From Macrostomum lignano (taxonomy: Eukaryota): a stretch of DNA of 55,822 nucleotides. Location of the stretch: assembly GCA_002269645.1 (NCBI GenBank), contig NIVC01003189.1, positions 1 through 55,822 on the forward strand, read 5' to 3'. The translations under genes and the position numbers were made by a program. The notes under the pieces are model-generated. The model saw only the letters and a list, made by a program, of their open reading frames with translations. It did not search any database and was not told the origin of the DNA. Position 1 is the stretch's first letter; the number at the start of each line of letters is the position of its first letter. Of the stretch, positions 39,640 to 47,964 are shown piece after piece.

Positions 39640-40100
39640 CAAGATACATGTAAATCAAGAGGCTACCTGAAAGTCTACCCCAGAGTATCAATGAAGACGC
39701 TACCTGAAAGTCTACTTCAGAATATCAATGAAAAGGCAACCTGAAAGTGTACCCTCGAAGACGAATGAAATGGCTACATGAAATTCTACCCCAGAAGATG
39801 AACGAAGCTACCTGAAAGTCTAACCCAGGGTAACAATGAAGAGGCTACCTGAAAGTCTACCCAAGAATATCAATGAAGAGGCTACCTTAAAATCTACCCT
39901 TAAAAATCAATTAAGAGACTACTTAAAAGTCTATCCTTAAAGATCAAGAAAGGACTACCTGAAAACCTACCCGAAGCACTTAAAGATCAATGAAGAGACT
40001 TTAAGACTCCCAAGAAAATGTGAGCTGAGAAAACTACAGCAAGTTTGAAAGTCTACCTGAGTCATCTGTTAGATGATGAATGAGGCTACATAAAAAGTCT
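39640..40100. repeat. Degenerate ~33 bp minisatellite (atcaatgaagaggctacctgaaagtctacc-like)
   Basis: Recurring gctacctgaaagtctacc motif inside the PKD-like intron. Confidence 0.8.
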
Positions 40101-40160
40101 ATATTTAATAAATCTGAAGTGCACCCGAGCCACCAGCAGTGCTCAATGACCACTGCTCAC

Positions 40161-40433
40161 CCTTGCGATAATGATAGTCGGCATCAATGTGGCGCAGGTG
40201 GCCGTGCCTGACCGAGCAGCCGAGCAGCCAGCGGATGCGGCTGGCAAAGTGCTCAACTAGTTCGTACTTCTCCGGGTCGGCGAGCCAGTTCTGGCGGACG
40301 CAGCGTAACGAGTTGATCATGACGGCAACGAACACGTTCAGCAGGGTGAGGCACACGAACAGCATAAAGGCAAAGAAGAACAGCATGGCCAGGCCGCCTC
40401 CGTCTGAGAACAGGCTTTTGAACTCCATGCTGT
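40161..40433 (-). CDS. Polycystin/PKD-like (TRPP/PKD1-like) channel gene, exon with last TM helix
   Basis: LAMLFFFAFMLFVCLTLLNVFVAVMINSLRCVR...ELVEHF..RIR.LLG resembles the polycystin S6 (LLN.F.A.+) and proximal tail; ctgcag acceptor, gtgag donor, 273 nt, phase 1/1. Confidence 0.8.
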
Positions 40434-40504
40434 CTGCAGTTGGGGGGTAGGGCAGTAAACTTGATCTAACACAAAAAATAACAGTGATGCTCGTTCGCAC
40501 TACT

Positions 40505-40570
40505 AGAGCAGATCAGTAGTTAACGCGGCCGACTGCTACGTTAAAGAACCCGGGTTCGATTCCGCACGCA
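40505..40570 (+). mobile_element. Possible tRNA-derived SINE head
   Basis: Consensus B box ggttcgattcc at 40553-40563 preceded by an A-box-like segment. Confidence 0.4.
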
Positions 40571-40790
40571 GCCAAAGTAACTTTGGGGTCTAGCCAGGGC
40601 CGCTGTACACCCTGTGAGCGCTGTGTCAGGAAGCTTCTCGAGTCAAGGTGCCCGCAGTTCACGTTTACTTGTAGTAAATGGTGCTTATAATATTTATACA
40701 ATTGATCATTGACAGAGCTTTCCACAGGCAAAGGGGTGAGGTTCTTGTCCTCATAGTCTGGCCCTCTTGTGACTGTTGGCCTAAATTAAT

Positions 40791-41272
40791 GAGCCTTGTT
40801 AGTAGCCCCCCTGAGCTCCATCTGCCAGTGCATGAGCCTCACTAGTAGCCCCCCCCCCTGAGCTCCATCTGCCAGTGCATGAGCCTCACTAGTAGCCCCC
40901 CCCCTGAGCCCCATCTGCCAGTGAGCCTCACTAGTAGCCCCCCCCCTGAGCTCCATCTGCCAGTGCATGAGCCTCACTAGTAGCCCCCCCTGAGCTCCAT
41001 CTGCCAGTGCATGAGCCTCACTAGTAGCCCCCCCCGAGCCCCATCTGCCAGTGAGCCTCACTAGTAGCCCCCCCCCTTAAGCCCCATCTGCCAGTGAGCC
41101 TCACTAGTAGCCCCCCCCCTGAGCCCCATCTGCCAGTGAGCCTCACTAGTAGCCCCCCCCTGAGCCCCATCTGCCAGTGAGCCTCACTAGTAGCCCCCCC
41201 TGAGCCCCATCTGCCAGTGAGCCTCACTAGTAGCCCCCCCTTAAGCCCCATCTGCCAGTGAGCCTCACTAGT
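40791..41272. repeat. Minisatellite, ~39-45 bp unit (gagcctcactagtagccccccctgagccccatctgccagt)
   Basis: Tandem units with variable C-runs; directly abuts the Polinton terminus. Confidence 0.93.
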
Positions 41273-41346
41273 AGTAGGGCGAATTATGATACTGCCGCAC
41301 TAGCACTGGCGAGATAGGCGGCAATGCAAATGTATAGGGAAAAATA

Positions 41347-41609
41347 CACTGCGGAGATATGAGCCCTATCTCTGTGCATTGGGGACGGCTAAGCACTGCA
41401 GAGATATGAGCTCTATCTCTGTGCATTGGGGACGGCTAAGCACTGCAGAGATATGAGCTCTATCTCTGTGCATTGGGGACGGCTAAGCACTGCAGAGATA
41501 TGAGCTCTATCTCTGTGCATTGGGGACGGCTAAGCACTGCAGAGATATGAGCTCTATCTCTGTGCATTGGGGACGGCTAAGCACTGCAGAGATATGAGCT
41601 CTATCTCTG
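41347..41609. repeat. Subterminal 47-bp tandem array of the Polinton (5 units + partial)
   Basis: cactgcagagatatgagctctatctctgtgcattggggacggctaag; period 47; internal agagata/tatctct dyad. Confidence 0.93.
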
Positions 41610-41615
41610 CTTAAC

Positions 41616-41843
41616 ACAGGAGTGATAGGAGAAGAGGCGGCCTATTTCTTTACACTGGAGATGGTTAACACTGCAGAGATAGGAGGAGAGGCGGCCTATC
41701 TCTTTGCATTGGGGGTGGTTAACACTGCAGAGATAGGAGGAGAGGCGGCCTATCTCTTTGCATTGGGGGTGGTTAACACTGCAGAGATAGGAGGAGAGGC
41801 GGCCTATCTCTTTGCATTGGGGGTGGTTAACACTGCAGAGATA
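41616..41843. repeat. Subterminal 54-bp tandem array of the Polinton; mirrored at 55677-55822
   Basis: Period 54 (41669, 41723, 41777, 41831); agagatagg/cctatctct 9-bp dyad. Confidence 0.93.
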
Positions 41844-41883
41844 AGATGTTAATCTATGTAATTGGAAATAATGTTTGCGAAAG

Positions 41884-41946
41884 AGCCAATCACAGAGCCC
41901 GGAGTGGGATGGGTGGTTTGGGGTGGTTCGGTCGAGGGTATATAAG
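41884..41946 (+). promoter_or_regulatory. Pol II-type promoter: CCAAT box, GT/GC boxes, TATA box upstream of the first viral gene
   Basis: agccaatca (CCAAT 41886-41890), gggtgg twice, TATATAAG at 41939-41946, 105 nt before ATG 42051; mirrored at 55578-55640. Confidence 0.7.
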
Positions 41947-42050
41947 CCCCGAAATTGACAAGAAAGAATTCTCAATTTTTCAAATCCAAAATTTCATCCG
42001 AAATTTTCCTCAGCTTTTAACTTTTGTGAGTTTTCAATTGCGAAAGGAAA

Positions 42051-42830
42051 ATGGACATCTGTGAAGGCTATAAGGCACAAGTCCAGGAGTTTGAAGGACA
42101 AAAATTTATCGCTATTCGCAAATTTTACCGACACGGCAGCACGGCAAGTCTGAAGCCAGGCGTCCCAGGATTCAACCTGAATGTTCACCAATGGAAGAAA
42201 TTGAAGGAGGTGAAACGCTCACTTGTGATTTCTGCACGCAACAACGAGCCCAAGGTCGTGAAACTCGGCTTCGATAAGTTTGTGGAAGTCAAAGGCGGCA
42301 TCATTTGGCTCAAACGGCTGCCGGAAGATTGCTGCGAGGAGTTTTTGAGACGAAACGCCGTACCACTGACTCCGCCGCTGTGGCAGAAGCTCTGGAAAAT
42401 CGCCTCCTGGATCGACGGTCAGCTGGTGGCTCCCTTGAGGAACACAATGCAGTACGAGCTGGAGTCTGATGAGGAAGAGGAGGAAGAGGACAAGAAGCTC
42501 AAGTTGGAGGCTGACCAGGACACGAAGCCCATAATGGAGACTGATGAGGGCGGAGATCATGCTGATGACGAGGACGTTAGCTCGCCCACAAGGCCGCGCA
42601 TTGTGACTGAGCCAATCACATCCACACCGATACCTTCGGTTGATTCTGATGCTGGACTGCTTCCGCAGCGGGACACCAACCTTGAGGAAGATGCCAGCTT
42701 TCACGGTGTGGTATCAGTTCAGGGCGCATGCAGCGGCTTCGACGGTGAGCAGCAGCAGCAGGAAGCGAAAGCTGCCATTTCAACTTCGTCGGCAGGACGC
42801 GATGAGGCTGCAGCCCAATGTTCGCTTTGA
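42051..42830 (+). CDS. PC4/Sub1-like ssDNA-binding/coactivator protein (two PC4-like repeats + acidic tail), 259 aa
   Basis: VQEFEGQKFIAIRKFY...LKPGVPGFNLNVHQWKKL aligns by eye to PC4 VRDFKGKVLIDIREYW...MKPGRKGISLNPEQWSQL; second degenerate repeat LGFDKFVEV...LTPPLWQKL...ID. Confidence 0.85.
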   Translation: MDICEGYKAQVQEFEGQKFIAIRKFYRHGSTASLKPGVPGFNLNVHQWKKLKEVKRSLVISARNNEPKVVKLGFDKFVEVKGGIIWLKRLPEDCCEEFLRRNAVPLTPPLWQKLWKIASWIDGQLVAPLRNTMQYELESDEEEEEEDKKLKLEADQDTKPIMETDEGGDHADDEDVSSPTRPRIVTEPITSTPIPSVDSDAGLLPQRDTNLEEDASFHGVVSVQGACSGFDGEQQQQEAKAAISTSSAGRDEAAAQCSL

Positions 42831-43157
42831 TAACTGAACAGCTAGAATGCTTTGAATGCATTGGACTAACTAAATTACTTTTAGCTTGCACATGATTATC
42901 CAGCCTGACGGCACTATGCTGTTTTTTATCTCTGCTATTTCTGAAATGCTGGTGTGCGAGTGTTTTAGTGTTCGTTTTTATGGATTGTTTGCTTTCGGAA
43001 AATACACCGACTGTTACGATGTTAGAGGTTTCAATCTGACAGTAATAAATTAATTTGCCACTCGTTTCTCTATCATTTAATTGGAATATAAATTTCTACT
43101 TAAGAAAAAATACTGTACAGCTAGAGCAGGTGGATAGGCACGTATCTTGATAAACCC

Positions 43158-44228
43158 ATGATGGAGAAAATTTATTTGAAACCTGAGCAACCGGCTAGTT
43201 TTTCTTGTGCCTCAAAGTTGCTGCATGAAGTGAGGCAAAGAGGTGATCGAATATCTGCAAAGAGCATTGAGCAGTGGCTCAGCGAGCAGCAAGTGCACAC
43301 TCTGCACAAGCCAGCTAGGAGGCGATATCCAAGGGCCCCAATCATAGTGCGCGCAATCGATGATCAGTGGGAACTTGACTTAGTGGAAATGATTCCATTC
43401 GCAAAGCATAATAAAGGCTACAAATATATTCTCACATGCATTGACGTGCTCTCAAAATGTGCTTGGGCCAAGGCACTGAAAAATAAATCTGCTGCAGAAG
43501 TGAAGTCAGCATTCGAGAGCATACTGAGAAGTTCAAAGCGCCAGCCACGCACAGTTCGCACAGATCAGGGGAAGGAATTTATCAACTCCACTTTCCGTCA
43601 ATACTGCATTGACAGAGGGATTCTGGCTTTCCCAACTAACAGCGAGCAGAAGGCAGCTGTCATTGAGCGATGGAATCGAACTCTGAAAAGTAGAATGTGG
43701 CGCTACTTCACCTACAAGAGCACACTGCACTGGCTTGATGTGCTGCCTAAGCTGGTAAAATCCTACAACAATACCTACCACAGAAGCATCAAAATGGCAC
43801 CCACTAGTGTCTGCAAAGAGAATGAATCTGAAGTGTGGATGAACCTGTACGATGGAAAAGCAGTCGAGACTCTAGAAAAATTAAAGAAGCCTAAGTTCGC
43901 TGAAAACCAGTCAGTGAGAATTTCCAATGCTCCACGGATATTCAAAAAGGGATACAAAGCGAGCTGGAGTGAGGAAGTGTACACCGTGGTGAGCAGAGCC
44001 CCAAAACATTATCCCTACATGTACAAGATTAAAGACATGCGGGGGCAAGAGATTCGAGGACTCTTCCATGAGCACGAGCTGCAGGCTGTCCCGGACTCAC
44101 AGCGGCTGTATGTGATTGAGAAGATCCTGAAAACGGAGAAGCGGAAGGGAAAAATTCGCTATCTGGTGAAATGGGCGGGCTACGACTCGACTGGCTGGGT
44201 GGATGAAAAAGACTTAAGAAAGGTTTAG
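43158..44228 (+). CDS. Polinton retroviral-like (rve) DDE integrase with C-terminal chromodomain, 356 aa, intact
   Basis: WELDL, RTDQGKEF, IERWNRTLK catalytic motifs; YNNTYHRSIKMAP; YVIEKIL...YLVKWAGY..TGWV chromodomain. Confidence 0.96.
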   Translation: MMEKIYLKPEQPASFSCASKLLHEVRQRGDRISAKSIEQWLSEQQVHTLHKPARRRYPRAPIIVRAIDDQWELDLVEMIPFAKHNKGYKYILTCIDVLSKCAWAKALKNKSAAEVKSAFESILRSSKRQPRTVRTDQGKEFINSTFRQYCIDRGILAFPTNSEQKAAVIERWNRTLKSRMWRYFTYKSTLHWLDVLPKLVKSYNNTYHRSIKMAPTSVCKENESEVWMNLYDGKAVETLEKLKKPKFAENQSVRISNAPRIFKKGYKASWSEEVYTVVSRAPKHYPYMYKIKDMRGQEIRGLFHEHELQAVPDSQRLYVIEKILKTEKRKGKIRYLVKWAGYDSTGWVDEKDLRKV

Positions 44229-44265
44229 CTTTGGCACAGCCCTCATCATGTAGTTTATGATTATA

Positions 44266-45075
44266 ATGCGAACTATTTTGATTAACAGTGAGCATGCTGA
44301 AGGTACTCCTAGTGACTTTAATTTTTACCTGCCTTCACCTATTTACTTGGATCGAAATGTGGACTATGAGGCAGGTCTGGCTGAAATCCATCTGCCTGCT
44401 GCATGGTTCAATGTTGACGAGCCTTACTGCTTCACTGTCTCAGATGGAAGAGAGCATGAGGCCCTGGTTCTTCAACCCGGACGCTTTGCTAGAGTGGAGG
44501 AGCTGGTGGAGCGCCTGAATGAGCTGCTGGCCAACTCTGATTCGCTGTTCTTTGATGCAATGAGTGACAGGGAGTCTGAGATGGAGGCTGATGAGTCCGG
44601 CCTGATGGGGCGTAGTGGCAACAGGGAATTTGGTATGAAGTTCGAAATCCGCAACTCACGAACTGTGGTGCACAACAACACTGCGAGAGCAGAGCTGTTT
44701 CTTCCATCTAGTAAAATTCTGCATTGGCTGGGATTTGGAAACCAGGCTGTGAAAATCCAGCCAGGGAGCCGCGTATCCGAGCATTGCATTGGCTGCCCGC
44801 GCACCAGCTTAATCAATGTGCACTGCAGTATCGTTGAGTCAACTAATTGCAACTGGAGCTCCTTGTTGAGAACAGTTGGAATGAAAGCTGGCATTGAATG
44901 GGGCAACTATCAAACAAAAATATTTAAGAAAACAATATTCTTCCCGATTCAACGAATCAGTCTTCTTCACAGCATTCGAGTTCAGCTGCGGGACATCTAT
45001 GGTTGCCCACTGATTGCACAGACTCACAGCCCTGTTCTGCTTACAGTTCAAATTCAGGAGAAACGCATTCAATGA
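44266..45075 (+). CDS. Minor capsid protein / penton (PX)
   Basis: SDFNFYLPSPIYL...YEAGLAEIHLPAAWFNV N-terminal motif and C-terminal I.V.LRDIYG..; ATG 44266 is shared by both arms, ATG 44257 is not. Confidence 0.8.
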   Translation: MRTILINSEHAEGTPSDFNFYLPSPIYLDRNVDYEAGLAEIHLPAAWFNVDEPYCFTVSDGREHEALVLQPGRFARVEELVERLNELLANSDSLFFDAMSDRESEMEADESGLMGRSGNREFGMKFEIRNSRTVVHNNTARAELFLPSSKILHWLGFGNQAVKIQPGSRVSEHCIGCPRTSLINVHCSIVESTNCNWSSLLRTVGMKAGIEWGNYQTKIFKKTIFFPIQRISLLHSIRVQLRDIYGCPLIAQTHSPVLLTVQIQEKRIQ

Positions 45076-45449
45076 ACTACCAGCAGCTAATCCAGCAATA
45101 TTCGGGGGTGAGGACAGGACACGAAAAGCCTGCACTCTATGGCTGTGGGAGCTTCCCAGGGATCATGACATACCAGCCTCCGCCAGCGGCTATATCATCA
45201 TCATCAGCCTCGACGCTTAGCAACGTCAGGCGCAAAAGAAATACTGAAGCAAGTCCGAAACGATTGAAGAAAAAGAAGGGCACCCGAAAGGCAACTGGTG
45301 GAAATCGCAGTAAGAGGTCGAGCAAGGCTAGTGGGAAAAAGCTTAAGAATAGGAAGACGAAAGCAAAGAAGAATAGAGCAGGCGGAGGAAAGCGAAAGCA
45401 AAAAGTCAGCAAGAAAACTGTGAAACGCGTGCTCGACTCTCTGTCATAG
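45072..45449 (+). CDS. Small, highly basic core-like protein (125 aa)
   Basis: ATG overlaps the penton stop (ATGA); Lys/Arg-rich C-terminal half; position between penton and capsid genes. Confidence 0.7.
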   Translation: MNYQQLIQQYSGVRTGHEKPALYGCGSFPGIMTYQPPPAAISSSSASTLSNVRRKRNTEASPKRLKKKKGTRKATGGNRSKRSSKASGKKLKNRKTKAKKNRAGGGKRKQKVSKKTVKRVLDSLS

Positions 45450-45451
45450 AC

Positions 45452-46735
45452 ATGGCTTACGGATTCAATCCCAGACTTGATTTATTTAAGACGCCCGTTC
45501 TACAAACCTGCATTGAAAAAGCTACTTATGTTGATATTCACCCAGTTAATTCCATTGTTGCAAACTCTCCCATTGAATTTGACTGCCACCAATCTGCCGA
45601 TGAATATACAGATCTGCTTAATTCTTTTCTTTATATTCGCTGCCGCCTTGTGAGACTGGATGGGGGTTTGCTGAGGGAGGATGTTCGAGATGGAGATGGC
45701 ATCATCACCGAGCGCAGAGACAGTGACGTGCACCCAGAAAATTTTGTTCTGTCTACAGCCTTCTCAGATGTAATTGTGAGCATTAACCAGCGAGTGGTGT
45801 CTGGTGGAGACCAGCTCTATCCCTACCATGCGTACTTCAAAGCACTAATGAGCTCATCCGATGCCCAGCAACTAAAACTTTACCCTGCTGGCTTCCTGGA
45901 GCCGAACTCGGCAGCTGAAGAGCACACGGAGAGCCACAGGGAATCCCAATGGATGGAGTATGCGGGGCCGCTCTTCAGCGATGTTTTCCAGTGCCCAGTG
46001 TTTCTGCTAAGCAATCTGCACCTGCACATCAAACTGGTCCCCAGCGATGGGGCCTTTGCCATCAGAACCCCGAATGCAAACAACGCGGCATACCGAATGG
46101 AAATCTCTCACAGCATTCTGCATCTTCGCCGAGTCAAAGTGATGCCCCACATCAGCCTGGCCCATGAGCAGGGGCTGACAAACCAAAATGCACTGTATCC
46201 CATCGAGCGAACTGAAATGCAGAACTTCATCCTACCCCAGGGTATTCAGTCAAAAAACATTGAAGGATTCACTCATGGAAAATTGCCGAAGTTCATCATG
46301 CTGGCCTTCGTGAGCCACCGAGCATTCAACGGTCATCATCACGCGAGCCCGTTACAGTTCCAGAGCTTCAACCTTAGCCGATTGGCTCTAAAGAAAGGTG
46401 GGGAAACCGTGTGCCACGGCGCCTTCACACCTGAAAACAATTCCTTTGTAAGAGAATACTTGCACTACCTGAAAAGCTGTCAATCTGCAAGCCACACAAA
46501 CTCGGTTCCGTGGATCCCCTACCAGCTCTTCTCCAACAACAGCACGGTGTTTGCATTCGATCTCACACCCGAGGGAGCGGCTCTGTGGTACGGACAGAAG
46601 GAGGGCAACCTGCGGCTGGAGATTCGCTTCCAACAGGCTCTGAATGAAGCGGTGTCCCTGATTGCTATGTGCCTGTATGACTCGCTGATTGAGGTCACCA
46701 AGCACCGAGAGCTTTTGCTGGACTATTCCTCTTAA
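45452..46735 (+). CDS. Major capsid protein, double jelly-roll (PY/hexon-like), 427 aa, intact
   Basis: LDLF..P..QT.IE....V.IHP...PIEF...Y.DL.NS.LY.R.R N-terminus and F.FDLTP...GNLRLEIRF..AL...D.LIE...R..LDY C-terminus typical of Maverick MCP; directly upstream of the protease. Confidence 0.87.
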   Translation: MAYGFNPRLDLFKTPVLQTCIEKATYVDIHPVNSIVANSPIEFDCHQSADEYTDLLNSFLYIRCRLVRLDGGLLREDVRDGDGIITERRDSDVHPENFVLSTAFSDVIVSINQRVVSGGDQLYPYHAYFKALMSSSDAQQLKLYPAGFLEPNSAAEEHTESHRESQWMEYAGPLFSDVFQCPVFLLSNLHLHIKLVPSDGAFAIRTPNANNAAYRMEISHSILHLRRVKVMPHISLAHEQGLTNQNALYPIERTEMQNFILPQGIQSKNIEGFTHGKLPKFIMLAFVSHRAFNGHHHASPLQFQSFNLSRLALKKGGETVCHGAFTPENNSFVREYLHYLKSCQSASHTNSVPWIPYQLFSNNSTVFAFDLTPEGAALWYGQKEGNLRLEIRFQQALNEAVSLIAMCLYDSLIEVTKHRELLLDYSS

Positions 46736-46740
46736 TTGAC

Positions 46741-47253
46741 ATGGATGCAATTCAACTACTTAATCTCGCCAGAAAATTTTTGCCTTACCAAAAATTTCTC
46801 ATAGTTACTTTACATTTGCGCTATAAAAATTCTCTGCCCTTGAATGTAAAAAGAAAATTTAGATCATCAATTTCCTTTGAAAACAAGTTTGTTTTTGTCC
46901 TACTTCAGCACAATGGCTCATTTGGTCACTGGGTGGTGTGCTATGTTGGGCAAGGAAATCGCATTGAGTTGTTCAACTCCCTCGGCTGGGAACCTGAAAT
47001 TTTATCTTTGGTTTATAATTTGTTTCGAGAGATTAAAACAACTGGCTTTTGGCTCCGAAGCAATATAAACAGAGTTCAATGTGCTAACTCTAATAAATGC
47101 GGAATGTTTTGCATCTATTTTGCTTATCAAAAGTTTCTGTTCAATCGGTCATTTGAGGGGATTTTGAAGCATTTGCATGCTAATGAGAAAAATCATTTGA
47201 ATGATAGAATCTTACAGAGGTTTGAAGCCAACTTAAGAAAAAGATGTCCGTGA
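46741..47253 (+). CDS. Adenain-like cysteine maturation protease, 170 aa
   Basis: GHWV (H63), ELFNSLG, Q113 and CG..C (C120) in adenoviral-protease order. Confidence 0.9.
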   Translation: MDAIQLLNLARKFLPYQKFLIVTLHLRYKNSLPLNVKRKFRSSISFENKFVFVLLQHNGSFGHWVVCYVGQGNRIELFNSLGWEPEILSLVYNLFREIKTTGFWLRSNINRVQCANSNKCGMFCIYFAYQKFLFNRSFEGILKHLHANEKNHLNDRILQRFEANLRKRCP

Positions 47254-47276
47254 TTTCTAATATTTATGCATTAAAC

Positions 47277-47923
47277 ATGGGAGAAAAGCAAGTTTGCTAC
47301 GATATCCGCCTCAGGCAGGGAAGCTGCATGATTGTCTGCGGGCCCACCAATGCAGGAAAAACAACCTTTGTCGAACACCTGATCCAGTACAGAGACGTCA
47401 TGTTTGATGTGAAGCCTGGCAGAGTTCTGTGGTACTATGGGATCTCACAGGCAGGCCATGCAGAACTGAACAGCCTAGGTGTGCAGCTGCGCCAGGGATT
47501 TCCCACCAACATCGAGGCAGCACTTAGGCCCAATGACCTGGTTGTTTTCGATGACTTAATAGAGGAAACTTCAAACTCTGCTTCAATGCGAAATTTTTTC
47601 ACAGGAATCGCACATCACTTGCCGTGCTTTTTGGTGATGCTGACTCAGAATATATTTTTCAAGGGAAAAGAGTCGCGAACAATGAGCTTGAATGTAATGT
47701 ACTTAGCTATCTTGAAAAACCCCGAGACCAGCTGCAGATTGCAGCACTGGGCAGGCAGTGCTTTACAGAGAAGCCCGGCTTTCTGCTGTCAGTGTTCAAG
47801 CACGTGACCGCGCAGGGCAGGGGAGCCTACCTGTTCCTAGACTTTCACCCATCAACTCCCGATGAGCTGCGAGTGCGGGCCAGAATTCTGCCCAACCAGC
47901 GACCCCATCTTGTATTTGCTTAA
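47277..47923 (+). CDS. A32/FtsK-HerA family packaging ATPase, split by a 1-nt frameshift at about 47720-47723
   Basis: Walker A GPTNAGKT, Walker B LVVFDD, HH...TQN.F and SLN..Y...KNP; a -1 shift restores KNP-RDQLQI...LGRQ...YLFLDFHP.TP..LR.R. Confidence 0.9.
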
Positions 47924-47964
47924 GAAAGTGAAGCTTGTTTTTATCAGCTATTGTTTTCATCGCA

